From the NCBI GenBank assembly GCA_963665325.3, contig OZ224045.1, forward strand, positions 1,536,001 through 1,600,000: DNA of 64,000 bases. Reading direction: 5' to 3'. Made by a program: the position numbers and the translations under genes. Of this stretch, positions 44,289 to 53,409 are shown piece by piece; position 1 is the stretch's first letter; every line of letters starts with the position of its first letter. The DNA comes from Alphaproteobacteria bacterium (GTDB lineage: Bacteria; Pseudomonadota; Alphaproteobacteria; Bin95). The notes below the pieces were generated by a model. It searched no databases. It saw only the letters and a program-made list of their open reading frames with translations, and was not told the DNA's origin.

Positions 44289-45883
44289 CCCAGCACGCCC
44301 TCGCGGCGGCGGAGGAGTTGGCCGGGGAGGGCGCCGGTGTGCTCGCCGCGGTGGATCGCGACCCGGCCGTTGACGATCACCGTCTCCACGCCCGCCGGAT
44401 AGGTGTGCGGCTCGTCGAAGGTGGCTTCGTCCCGGATCGTCTCCGCGTCGAACAGCACGACATCGGCGGCCCAGCCTTCGCGCAGCAGGCCGCGGTCCGC
44501 CATCCCCAGCGCCGCGGCGGCGTTGCCGGTCATCTTGGCGACGGCCTGCGGCAGGCTCAGCAGCCCCTGCTCGCGGGCATAGCGTCCGAGCACGCGCGGG
44601 AAGGTGCCGTAGAGCCTCGGATGCGGCTTGCCCTGCGAGGTGACGCCATAGGGCGCGACGCAGGGGCCGTCCGAGCCGACCGTCATGGAAGGCTCGGCTG
44701 CGATGCGCCGCACGTCCTCCTCCGACATGCTGCGCACCAGGATGCGCGTCCCGCCCCGGTCCTCGACGACGATGTCGAACACCGCCTCCAGCGGGTCGCA
44801 ATCGCGCTCGGCCGCAATCTCGGCGATCGTCTTGCCGGGCTCGACGGCGCCGGGTGAGTTGGCGATGCGGATGTCGTCCCAGCTTTCGATATGGCCGAAA
44901 TTGTTGAAGCCGACCTCGGCGATCTTCTGGCGCACGCGCGAGCGGGTCTCGGGATCGACAAGCCGCTCCAGCATCGCGTCGATGCCGCCTTCCTGCAGCC
45001 AGACCGGCAGCAGGAAGCGCAGCGGGTTGGTCGCCCAGTCATAGGGATACTGGTCGCAGTGCACGTCCACTCCCCGCGCGCGCGCCTCGGTAAACTGTGA
45101 GAGCAGCTTGTCCGCCTCGCCCCAGCGGCCGGTGCCGGACAGCTTGAGGTGCGCCACCTGGACATGGATGCCGCATTGCTCGCCGACGTCTATGGCTTCC
45201 GCTACCGCCTCATGCACCTCGTGGCTCTCGTCGCGCACATGGCTCGAATAGCGCCCGCCATACGCCTTCACCACGCGGGCGAGGGCCAGCACTTCCTCCG
45301 GCTTCGCGTAGCAGCCGGGCGCGGTGAACAGGCCGGAGGAAAGCCCGAGCGCGCCGGCCTCCAGCGCCTCGGCCAGCATCTCCTGCATGTGCCGGAGCTC
45401 CCCGTCGGAGGGGTCGCGGTCCTCCATGCCCATCGCCATGAGCCGCAGCGTGTTGTGCCCGGCCTGCATGACCGTGTTCAGCGAGAGGTCCGGCCAGGTC
45501 TCCATGTAGCTGGCGAAGTCCGTCTCCTCGAAGGGCAACCAGGGGGCGCTTGCAGCGAGGTAGTCCCGCAGCATCTCCACCTTGCCGGGCAGGACGGGGG
45601 CGACGGAGAAGCCGCAATTGCCCACTACCTCGGTCGTCACGCCCTGACGGATCTTGCATTCCGCCTTCGGGTTGAGCGGCAGGGTGAAGTCCGAGTGGGT
45701 GTGGATGTCGATGAAGCCGGGCGCGACGATGCGGCCCTCTGCGTCGATCACCGTCTCCGCGCTGCCGGAGTAGTCCTTCTCGATGGCCGCGATGCGCCCG
45801 TCGCGGATCGCCACATCGGCCGTGCGTCCCGGCGCTCCGGTCCCGTCCACGACCTCGCCGCCCCTGATGAGAATATCGTCCAT
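44285..45883 (-). CDS. N-acyl-D-amino-acid deacylase (D-aminoacylase)
   Basis: APGFIDIHTHSD, GNCG, GSDG, PHPRLYGTFPR. Confidence 0.92.
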   Translation of the reverse strand: MDDILIRGGEVVDGTGAPGRTADVAIRDGRIAAIEKDYSGSAETVIDAEGRIVAPGFIDIHTHSDFTLPLNPKAECKIRQGVTTEVVGNCGFSVAPVLPGKVEMLRDYLAASAPWLPFEETDFASYMETWPDLSLNTVMQAGHNTLRLMAMGMEDRDPSDGELRHMQEMLAEALEAGALGLSSGLFTAPGCYAKPEEVLALARVVKAYGGRYSSHVRDESHEVHEAVAEAIDVGEQCGIHVQVAHLKLSGTGRWGEADKLLSQFTEARARGVDVHCDQYPYDWATNPLRFLLPVWLQEGGIDAMLERLVDPETRSRVRQKIAEVGFNNFGHIESWDDIRIANSPGAVEPGKTIAEIAAERDCDPLEAVFDIVVEDRGGTRILVRSMSEEDVRRIAAEPSMTVGSDGPCVAPYGVTSQGKPHPRLYGTFPRVLGRYAREQGLLSLPQAVAKMTGNAAAALGMADRGLLREGWAADVVLFDAETIRDEATFDEPHTYPAGVETVIVNGRVAIHRGEHTGALPGQLLRRREGVLG

Positions 45884-45941
45884 CGCGGCGTCCTCCCGAA
45901 ATCGCAAGCGTCAAGCGGTAGAGTAGCGCAATTAGGTGCGG

Positions 45942-46700
45942 TCAGGCGGCCGCCAGGTGGAGCCAGCCGGAACAGGCCATGTAGGCTCCGACGAGCAGGA
46001 TCAGCGCGCCGGACACATAGGGGGCCGAAGCGAGCAACCGGTCCGGCGCCGAAAACCGCTTCGATGCGTAGCGGAGCCCGAAGACGGCGGCCATGCCGAC
46101 GCAGACCAGCGTCGCTGCCAGGCCGACCGAAAACGATGCGACCATGCCGACGCCGAGCCAGAACTGCCCGATCCCGAGACAGAGCAGCAGCACGGTGATC
46201 GCCGCAGGACACGGAATAAGGCCGCCGACCAGCCCGAAGCCGACGGTCTGCAGACCGGTTGCCCTGCCGCCCGCGAACCGGGCCTCGATCTCGCGGGCAT
46301 GGCCGCGGGCATGGGCGTCCTCGTCGCGATCGTGGCCGCGATGCCTCCGGCGTGCGCGGGCGCGCCGGAACGCCTGCCAGAGCATGAAGACGCCGACGGC
46401 GATGACGACCGCTCCGGAGCCCGCGACGAACCAGGGCTCCAGCGTCTCACCGATCGCCTCGTCCCCCCAGGTGAGCGCCAGCACGGCCAGCACCCACACG
46501 ATAATGCTGTGCGAGAACGCGGCGGAGACCCCGAGCAGGACGGCCTGAGCCGGCGTCCCGCGCACGGCGACGATGAAGGCGGCCATCATGGTCTTGGAAT
46601 GGCCCGGCTCGAGGCCGTGAAGCGAGCCCAGCACCAGGCCGATGGCGGCCAGATACAGGAACGATGTCGAACCTTCCTGGATCAGGGAAATGAGGTCCAT
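45942..46700 (-). CDS. rcnA: nickel/cobalt efflux transporter RcnA
   Basis: LHGLEPGHSKTMMAAF, EDAHAR.HA, GGLIPCPAA. Confidence 0.88.
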   Translation of the reverse strand: MDLISLIQEGSTSFLYLAAIGLVLGSLHGLEPGHSKTMMAAFIVAVRGTPAQAVLLGVSAAFSHSIIVWVLAVLALTWGDEAIGETLEPWFVAGSGAVVIAVGVFMLWQAFRRARARRRHRGHDRDEDAHARGHAREIEARFAGGRATGLQTVGFGLVGGLIPCPAAITVLLLCLGIGQFWLGVGMVASFSVGLAATLVCVGMAAVFGLRYASKRFSAPDRLLASAPYVSGALILLVGAYMACSGWLHLAAA

Positions 46701-46772
46701 GGGGCCGGCTCCTCGGCCCCGAAATAGTCGGCAATCCGTCCGGAATGCGCAAGAACGGCGGTCGGCGCCGAT

Positions 46773-48215
46773 TCAGGCGGTCTCGCGAACCAGCGCAGGT
46801 TTCCGGTCGAACCAGGGCCGCGCGGCTTCTAGCTGGGCGGAAAACCGGAAGAGCGTCGCCTCGTCCCCGTATGGCGCGACCGCCTGCACCGCGACCGGCA
46901 GGCCGTCGGCGTTCGTGCCTATGGGCAGCATGACCGCCGGCTGGCCGGTGATGTTGAACCAGACCGTGAAGGGCGAGAAGTGGAAGACGCGGCGCCAGTA
47001 TTCGTCCACATCGTCCATCGTCATGTCGAGCCAGCCGAGCTTCACTGCCGTGCCGGTCGCCAGCCCCGGCGTCAGCAGGATGTCGTAGTCCGAGTGGAAG
47101 GCGGCCATCTGCCGGCCGAGCCGGTGCATGGTCTGCGTTGCGCGCACATAGTCGGCGCCGCTGACCTGCTCGGCCATTTTCGCCGAGAGCCAGGTGATGC
47201 GCTCGACCTCGTCCTCGCGGGCCGCGCGGCCGGCGGTCGGGTGGCTCGCGAGGTTGACCGCGGTGTTGGCCGCCATGAGGGTGAGGAAGGTCGGCACCAC
47301 CGCCTCGCCGTCGATGGCGGGGTCGGCCTCCTCCACCCGGTGCCCCAGGTCGGCAGCCAGGCTTGCCGTTTCCTCCAGCACGCGGAGCGCGTCCGCCCCG
47401 ACCTCGGCACCGTTCGGCGTCCGGGTGGTAAAGGCGATGCGCAGGCTGCCCGGATCGGCGCCGGCCTCGTCCAGGAACGGACGGGCCGGCGGGGCGGCGC
47501 TGTAGGGGTCGCCGGCGCCCGGTCCGCATGTGGCGTCCAGGAGGGCGGCACTGTCGCGGACGGTGAGCGTGACGGCGTGTTCGGTGGAAAGGCCGCCCAG
47601 CCCCTCGCCCATGAAGGGCGCCATGGTGTTGCGGTTGCGGGTGGGCTTCAGGCCGACAAGGCCGCAGCAGGCCGCCGGGGCGCGGATCGAGCCGAAGCCG
47701 TCCGAGGCGTGCGCCGCCGGCAGCATGCGCGCGCCGACGGCCGCGGCCGCCCCGCCGCTGGAGCCGCCGGATATGCGTGTCGTGTCCCAGGGGTTCTTCG
47801 TGGCCCCGTGCAATTGCGGCTCGCAGGTGAGGCTGAGCCCGAGTTCGCAGGTGTTGGTCCGCCCGAAGACCACCACGCCCGCGCGCTTCAGCCGCCTGAC
47901 GAGCTCACTGTCCTCCGCCGGCACGACGTCCTCGAAGAATTTGCAGCCCCGCGTGGTCGGGCAACCCGCCAGCGAGGCGCTCAAATCCTTCAGCAGATAG
48001 GGCACGCCTTTGAGCGGCCCGTCGGGCAGGCCCTCGGCGATGGCTTGGCGGCCGTAGTCGTAGAGCCGGTTGGTGACCGCATTGACAGCCCCGTTGCGCG
48101 CCTCGACCCGCTCGATAGCGGCCTCCAGCAGCTCATCCGGCGCGGTCTCGCCGCTTGCGACGAGCGCAGCCAGCCCGACCGCATCGTGGTCTTCGTAATC
48201 CGCAAAAGCCGTCAT
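46773..48215 (-). CDS. amidase (amidase signature family)
   Basis: GVPYLLKDL, GGSSGG, SDGFGSIR. Confidence 0.93.
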   Translation of the reverse strand: MTAFADYEDHDAVGLAALVASGETAPDELLEAAIERVEARNGAVNAVTNRLYDYGRQAIAEGLPDGPLKGVPYLLKDLSASLAGCPTTRGCKFFEDVVPAEDSELVRRLKRAGVVVFGRTNTCELGLSLTCEPQLHGATKNPWDTTRISGGSSGGAAAAVGARMLPAAHASDGFGSIRAPAACCGLVGLKPTRNRNTMAPFMGEGLGGLSTEHAVTLTVRDSAALLDATCGPGAGDPYSAAPPARPFLDEAGADPGSLRIAFTTRTPNGAEVGADALRVLEETASLAADLGHRVEEADPAIDGEAVVPTFLTLMAANTAVNLASHPTAGRAAREDEVERITWLSAKMAEQVSGADYVRATQTMHRLGRQMAAFHSDYDILLTPGLATGTAVKLGWLDMTMDDVDEYWRRVFHFSPFTVWFNITGQPAVMLPIGTNADGLPVAVQAVAPYGDEATLFRFSAQLEAARPWFDRKPALVRETA

Positions 48216-48289
48216 TGCGACCTCCCTCCGATATGTGTCCGATCCCCGGTTCTGGCAGAAGCTGGATAGCGCGGCTGCCGGGACCCCTG

Positions 48290-48720
48290 CAAAGTGTCAT
48301 GATATGTCATGTTCTGTCATGGTTCCCATGCGGATGCCGCTTGCACGACCGCCCGTTCGGGCCTGGAGCCGCCGTTCCGGGCAGGGGTTCCGGGTATTCC
48401 GTCCGGTTTCCCCGGCTTCGCGTCTTCGGCATGGGTCCCTCCCTCCAATCCCTCTTCGTTCCGTTCGTCCCGCCGGCTCGCCCAAGCGGCGGGACCCTGT
48501 ATCGCGCGTATCGCGCGCGCGCCGGCCCGCGTTTGCGCCGGCGCGGTTCGCGCGCCTGATTGCGCCTGCGCGCGCGTGAACCAGGCAAGTGCAAGACACA
48601 CGTCTCCCGTCAGCTTCTCGGGTGTCTTTTCGCGACGGCGCCGGCGCGAACGGCGGAGCGGCTCCCGGGATGCCGCTGCCTCCGGTCCCATTCTAGCACA
48701 GGTATTTCAGGGTCAAGCCA
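48290..48720 (-). other. unclassified structured intergenic element (promoter, hairpin-rich leader, 41-aa ORF, phased repeats)
   Basis: TTGACC...TGcTAGAAT promoter-like motif at 48716-48690; at least five adjacent hairpins; GGAGGGAGGG RBS before ATG 48432; TGTCATG x3. Confidence 0.5.
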
Positions 48721-48788
48721 GATTCGGGAATTATTTCAAATTTCAGTGAACAAATTCTCGATTCCGGCTATACCTCGGCCCGGCACGG

Positions 48789-49046
48789 TCATCGCCGGCG
48801 CTGCGCCTGCACATAGCTTTCGAGCACGCGGTTGATCCGGGTCTGGTACCCTTTGCCGGGCGCGCGAAAATAGTCCAGCACCGAACGCCTGATGCGCATG
48901 GTGACCTGCTCCGTGCGGTCAGGCGGGGCGAATTCGGCTTCGCGCCAGAAGTCCGCGTCCAGTTCCGGGATGTCGTCGAAGTCGATCTCCGCATCCTTGA
49001 CGGACGCGATCTCAGCCGGCGTCAGGGGTCTTGTGTAACCGCTCAT
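48789..49046 (-). CDS. BrnA-family antitoxin (orphan)
   Basis: IDFDDIPEL, VTMRIRRSVLDYFR..GKGYQTRINRVL. Confidence 0.85.
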   Translation of the reverse strand: MSGYTRPLTPAEIASVKDAEIDFDDIPELDADFWREAEFAPPDRTEQVTMRIRRSVLDYFRAPGKGYQTRINRVLESYVQAQRRR

Positions 49047-49070
49047 CGTAAGCCTGCCTTTCATTCCGCA

Positions 49071-49254
49071 TTACGCCCCCGCCAGGATCATCTCCGCGGC
49101 TTTCTCGCCGATCATGATGGAGGGGGCGTTGGTGTTGCCGGAGGTGAGGGTGGGCATGATCGAGGCGTCGGCGACCCGCAGGCCCTCCATGCCGTGGACG
49201 CGGAGCCGGTCATCGACCATGGCCATCGGGTCCGGGCCCATCTTGCAGGTGCCG
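49071..49254 (-). repeat. duplicated 3' end of the GMC oxidoreductase gene (copy of 50438-50621)
   Basis: 184-bp direct repeat, 8 mismatches by manual alignment, identical core 49076-49199; still reads GTCKMG...EMILAGA*. Confidence 0.95.
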
Positions 49255-49416
49255 CCCCATGACGGCCGGAGGGCGTTCGTGGAATGGAGCGTCGACAGAG
49301 GAGCATGCCCAGCTCAGCCTAGGTTGAACGCAGCTCGAACTATTGCCTTGACACTGCCCTTCCCAAGAGAAGAGAATATATATGTGATTTATTGAGAAAG
49401 AAAGAGGAAGTATTCA

Positions 49417-50157
49417 ATGGCACTTTCTCCGGTCACTGTTGGCTCGGCGCTTGCGGCACTAGCGCCTTTTGTGGAATATCTCCGACCGGCACGATCACCT
49501 TACCTTCTTGTAGTAATTTTCGGCATAATCGGCTTGGTCTCCTCAGCTGGTTTGTTTCATGAGAAATTTTGGAATCGGACAGAATATTATTTTCTGTTTG
49601 TTCCTTTAGCAATCGTGCTGGTTCTCCTCACCGTTTTCAGTTTCATGCATAGAATACAAACTGGAGCCAATCTATCCGATGAAGATGTAGATGAACAACT
49701 TAAGTTTTCTCGATCAATTTGCATTTCTTCAGCAATATTGTGTTTAGTGTTTGGTTGCTGGAGAGTTGCGGAATCGCTTTCATATTGGGTCTTTTACTTT
49801 CACTATATCGTTTGCACGGTGCAAATAATCGTGTTTACCATTTACTCTGCTGCTAGACTTCGATATGAGGAGCTTGTAACGTCTCTAAATCACTTCCAAA
49901 TAGCATTAGTTACTTCCGCTTATCTGGTAGCAGCTACGGTTTGTGTCGGTCTTGTAGAGCATGCGCGAGGATTCGAGAATGATGTATTTTACGTTGTACG
50001 TAACGTAGAAACCGGTGATGTGACCAGAAAATTGAACTATTTGAATTTGTTTTCATTAACTGCTTCTTTCTTTTATGGTCTCTGGCTTTGGTGTCAGATA
50101 TATTGGATAAGACGACTGGCAAAAATTGTGAACATTACGGTCAATCCTCCAGAGTAG
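49417..50157 (+). CDS. AT-rich multi-pass membrane protein of unknown function
   Basis: 246-aa ORF, GAGGAAG RBS, about 7 hydrophobic segments, composition very unlike its flanks. Confidence 0.75.
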   Translation: MALSPVTVGSALAALAPFVEYLRPARSPYLLVVIFGIIGLVSSAGLFHEKFWNRTEYYFLFVPLAIVLVLLTVFSFMHRIQTGANLSDEDVDEQLKFSRSICISSAILCLVFGCWRVAESLSYWVFYFHYIVCTVQIIVFTIYSAARLRYEELVTSLNHFQIALVTSAYLVAATVCVGLVEHARGFENDVFYVVRNVETGDVTRKLNYLNLFSLTASFFYGLWLWCQIYWIRRLAKIVNITVNPPE

Positions 50158-50437
50158 CGAGACTATACATATATGTCTGCTTGAAATTTTGACGGAGTAT
50201 GCAGGCCGTCAAGCAATGCTTCGCTCGAAATTGGTCGAGCACGGCGACTCTTGCATTGCATCCTTCCTTCGGAGTCCACATCCGGTGATATGTGGCGTGG
50301 TCCAAGGTCCAAACATCGCCTGATATCTTCGCGACGTCTTTGGTGGAACCGGCAGGTCGAGACCGCCGGGAGTAGCGGCGGAACAGTAGTGGGAAGGACT
50401 GTAGAGCCTTTGATGCAACCGGGCGGAGCTGCTCCCC

Positions 50438-52030
50438 TCACACCCCCGCCAGGATCATCTCCGCGGCTTTCTCGCCGATCATGATGGAGGGGGCGTTGGT
50501 GTTGCCGGAGGTGAGGGTGGGCATGATCGAGGCGTCGGCGACCCGCAGGCCCTCCATGCCGTGGACCCGGAGCTGGTCATCGACCACGGCCATCGGGTCG
50601 GAGCCCATCTTACAGGTGCCGACCGGGTGGTAGGTCGTCTCGGCATTCTCCATCACCCAGGCGAGCAGCTCATCGTCGCTTTCCAGCTTCTCTCCGGGCG
50701 CCGTTTCCTCGCCGACGATTCCGGCGAGCGCCGGCGCACTCATCAGATCGCGCGTCATGCGCATGCCGCCCAGCGTGATGACCCGGTCGATCTCGGCCGA
50801 GAGGAAGTTGAAGCGGATTTCCGGCGGCGCTGCGGGATCGGCGGACGCCGCATGGATGCTGCCCGTGCTCTCCGAGCGCAGCGGATGGGTGATGACGGTC
50901 ACGCCCGATTCCGTCGCCAGCTTGAAATTCGGGGTGGCGACGAACGGGATGAACGACATCATGGCGTCCGGGCTCGCCAGCCCCGGCCGGGTGCGGATAT
51001 AGGCGCGGACCGGCGAGGCGGGAAGGCTGAGCAGACCGGTCTGGGCAGCCACGAATTTCAGCGCCTGCCAGACGAGGCCGAGGCCGCGGGCCCTGTCATT
51101 GTAGGTAAGGCCCTTTGCAGGGACGCGCCATTTCATGCGCGGCGCGTAATGGTCACGCAGGTTCTCGCCGACGCCCGGCAGGTCGTGGACGACGGACAAG
51201 CCGAGCGCCTTCAGCCGGTCCGGCTGGCCGATGCCCGACAGCTCCAGCAATTGCGGCGAGGCGACGGAGCCCGCGCTCACCACCACCTCGGCGTCGGCAT
51301 GGGCCTCATGGACCTCGCCGCCGCGCCGGTAGCGCACGCCGGTGCAGCGCCGGCCCTCGAACAGCAGCGCCTCCGTCGGCGCATTGGCGCGGATATCGAG
51401 GTTGGGCCGCGAGCGCACCGGGTCCAGGTAGCAGCGCGCCGTGCTCATGCGCCGCCCGCCGGAGATCGACGCCTGCGTCATGCCGATGCCGTCCTGCGAG
51501 GCGCCGTTATAGTCGGCGTTGTAGTCGAGGCCGATCTCCCGCCCCGCGCCGATGATCGCGTCGTAGAGCGGGCCGCTCTCGGCGAGGTCGCTTACCTTCA
51601 GCGGGCCGTTCCGCCCCCGGTATTCGTCTTCGCCGCCGGCATAGCTCTCCATCTTCCGGAACACGGGCAGCACGTCGCGGTAGGACCAACCGCGATTGCC
51701 GAGCTGTGCCCAGCCGTCGAAATCCTCCGTCTGGCCGCGCACGAACACCATGCCGTTGATGGCCGACGAGCCGCCCAGCAGCCGCCCGCGCGGCACGGGG
51801 ATGCGCCGCCCGCCCGTGCTTTCCTCGGGCTCGGAGGAGTAGAGCCAGTTGGCGGCGGGATTGTCGATCAGCCGCGCAAAGCCGACGGGAATTTGCGACC
51901 AGGGATGGCTCGGTCGGCCGGCTTCCAGCAGCAGAACGCGGTTCGCCGGGTCGGCCGAGAGCCGGTTCGCCAGCGCCGCCCCCGCAGAGCCCGCCCCCAC
52001 CACGATATAGTCGAAACGCTCTTCCGCCAT
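50438..52030 (-). CDS. GMC family oxidoreductase (second paralogue)
   Basis: DYIVVGAGSAG, GGSSAING, YHPVGTCKMG, GNTNAP; start re-set. Confidence 0.93.
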   Translation of the reverse strand: MAEERFDYIVVGAGSAGAALANRLSADPANRVLLLEAGRPSHPWSQIPVGFARLIDNPAANWLYSSEPEESTGGRRIPVPRGRLLGGSSAINGMVFVRGQTEDFDGWAQLGNRGWSYRDVLPVFRKMESYAGGEDEYRGRNGPLKVSDLAESGPLYDAIIGAGREIGLDYNADYNGASQDGIGMTQASISGGRRMSTARCYLDPVRSRPNLDIRANAPTEALLFEGRRCTGVRYRRGGEVHEAHADAEVVVSAGSVASPQLLELSGIGQPDRLKALGLSVVHDLPGVGENLRDHYAPRMKWRVPAKGLTYNDRARGLGLVWQALKFVAAQTGLLSLPASPVRAYIRTRPGLASPDAMMSFIPFVATPNFKLATESGVTVITHPLRSESTGSIHAASADPAAPPEIRFNFLSAEIDRVITLGGMRMTRDLMSAPALAGIVGEETAPGEKLESDDELLAWVMENAETTYHPVGTCKMGSDPMAVVDDQLRVHGMEGLRVADASIMPTLTSGNTNAPSIMIGEKAAEMILAGV

Positions 52031-52073
52031 GCTGCATTCCCCCCGGCAACCGGCCCCGACCGGTTCTCCGTCT

Positions 52074-52316
52074 CTAGCCGAATACGCGCCACGCAATGGC
52101 GACGACGAAGGCGAGAGTGAATCCGGTCATCCACTTCAACAGGAGAGTGGTCCCCTTGATCTCGGCAACCGCCCTGTCGAGAACGGATTTGGTCGCCAGA
52201 TTCTCTACGAGCTCCAAGCCGGTTGCGTCGGCCATGGCCTCCGCCTGCTCGGGAGGAACGCCTGCGTCGCGAAGGCGCCGTACGTAGCGCAAGGTGTCGA
52301 TTACGGTCGTTGCCAT
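52074..52316 (-). CDS. small DUF1640/CCDC90-like coiled-coil membrane protein
   Basis: DTLRYVRRLRDAGVPPEQAEA, LATK, LLKWM plus C-terminal TM; GAGG RBS. Confidence 0.8.
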   Translation of the reverse strand: MATTVIDTLRYVRRLRDAGVPPEQAEAMADATGLELVENLATKSVLDRAVAEIKGTTLLLKWMTGFTLAFVVAIAWRVFG

Positions 52317-52397
52317 CGCCTTACCTCACCGGAATCGATTTATGCACGACTTTCGGGCACCTGACCACCTTCGGCGGTCGCCATTGGCCTCATGCCA

Positions 52398-53234
52398 TCA
52401 ATCGTAGCCCGCGGCGCGGTCGCGGTGCTTCGAGAGGAAGGAGAGCAAAGGCGCGTTGAACGCTTCGGGGCGTTCGATGTTGGTCAGGTGGCCCGCGCCC
52501 TCGATCTCCACGAATTCCGAGCCGGCGATGCGTTCGTGCAGCGCCCTCCCGATGGCGGGCGGGGTCAATGTGTCGTGCTCGCCGTAGATGAGGAGCGTCG
52601 GGACCCGGATGCGGTCGATTTCGGCGGAGCGGTCGAAGGAGAGCGAGGCCTCGATGGTCTTCAGGTAGGAGTCCTTGTGGAGGGCGGCGATACTGCTCCA
52701 CAGTCGCTGACGAGCCGACTCGTCGGCGCCGGGCGCTACCAGGCTTTCGACCAGCGCATCGGCGATGTCGCGCGGCTCCTTTCCCGCCTTGAGCGGCGCC
52801 TGACGCAGGCGGATGAACTCGGCGCGTTTCTCGGGCGTCATGGACTCCTGGAAATCCGCTCTCGTGTCGCACAGCACCAGGGTGGCGACCCGCTCCGGGA
52901 AGCGGGCATGGAAGTCCTGCGCGATCCGCCCGCCCATCGAGAGCCCGACGAAATGCGCCCGCTTGGCCCCGAAACGGTCGAGGACCCGGAGCGCGTCCTC
53001 TGCGAAATGCCCGAAATCAAGCGGACCGTCATAGTCGTCGGAATCGCCGTAGCCGCGCGCGTCCCAGGCGACGGCGTGGAAGCTGTCGCTGAGCGCCTCG
53101 ATCTGCCCGGTCCAATTCTTCCGGTTGCCGCCGATCCCGTGCAGGAAGAACACGAGAGGACCCGACCCGGCCCGATCCACGGCAAGGCGCGGCGTACCCT
53201 CGATGAAGACCGTCTCGATGTCCGTCATCCGCAT
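52398..53234 (-). CDS. alpha/beta hydrolase
   Basis: FLHGIGG, WDARGYGDS, GLSMGG nucleophile elbow, GEHD, AGH. Confidence 0.92.
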   Translation of the reverse strand: MRMTDIETVFIEGTPRLAVDRAGSGPLVFFLHGIGGNRKNWTGQIEALSDSFHAVAWDARGYGDSDDYDGPLDFGHFAEDALRVLDRFGAKRAHFVGLSMGGRIAQDFHARFPERVATLVLCDTRADFQESMTPEKRAEFIRLRQAPLKAGKEPRDIADALVESLVAPGADESARQRLWSSIAALHKDSYLKTIEASLSFDRSAEIDRIRVPTLLIYGEHDTLTPPAIGRALHERIAGSEFVEIEGAGHLTNIERPEAFNAPLLSFLSKHRDRAAGYD

Positions 53235-53240
53235 CCTCCG

Positions 53241-53322
53241 TCAGATGAAAAAGCCGCCGAGCTTCGTCTCCAGATATTCGGCGATGCCCTCATGGCCGCC
53301 CTCGCGCCCGAGGCCGCTCTCC
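53241..53322 (-). repeat. duplicated 3' end of the aldehyde dehydrogenase gene (copy of 55654-55735)
   Basis: 82-bp direct repeat, 5 mismatches; reads ESGLGREGGHEGIAEYLETKLGGFFI*. Confidence 0.95.
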
Positions 53323-53409
53323 GTACGAGCCGCCGTTCGAAGCGCCCACCGTAATCGCGCCCATATAGTTTCGCCTTTGGCAACCAACCTCACCGAGGGC
53401 GACTCTTCG

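Noticed and set aside
50163-50441. Short ORFs in the cassette 1 spacer
   Set aside because: No RBS or motif support; three overlapping frames are equally weak
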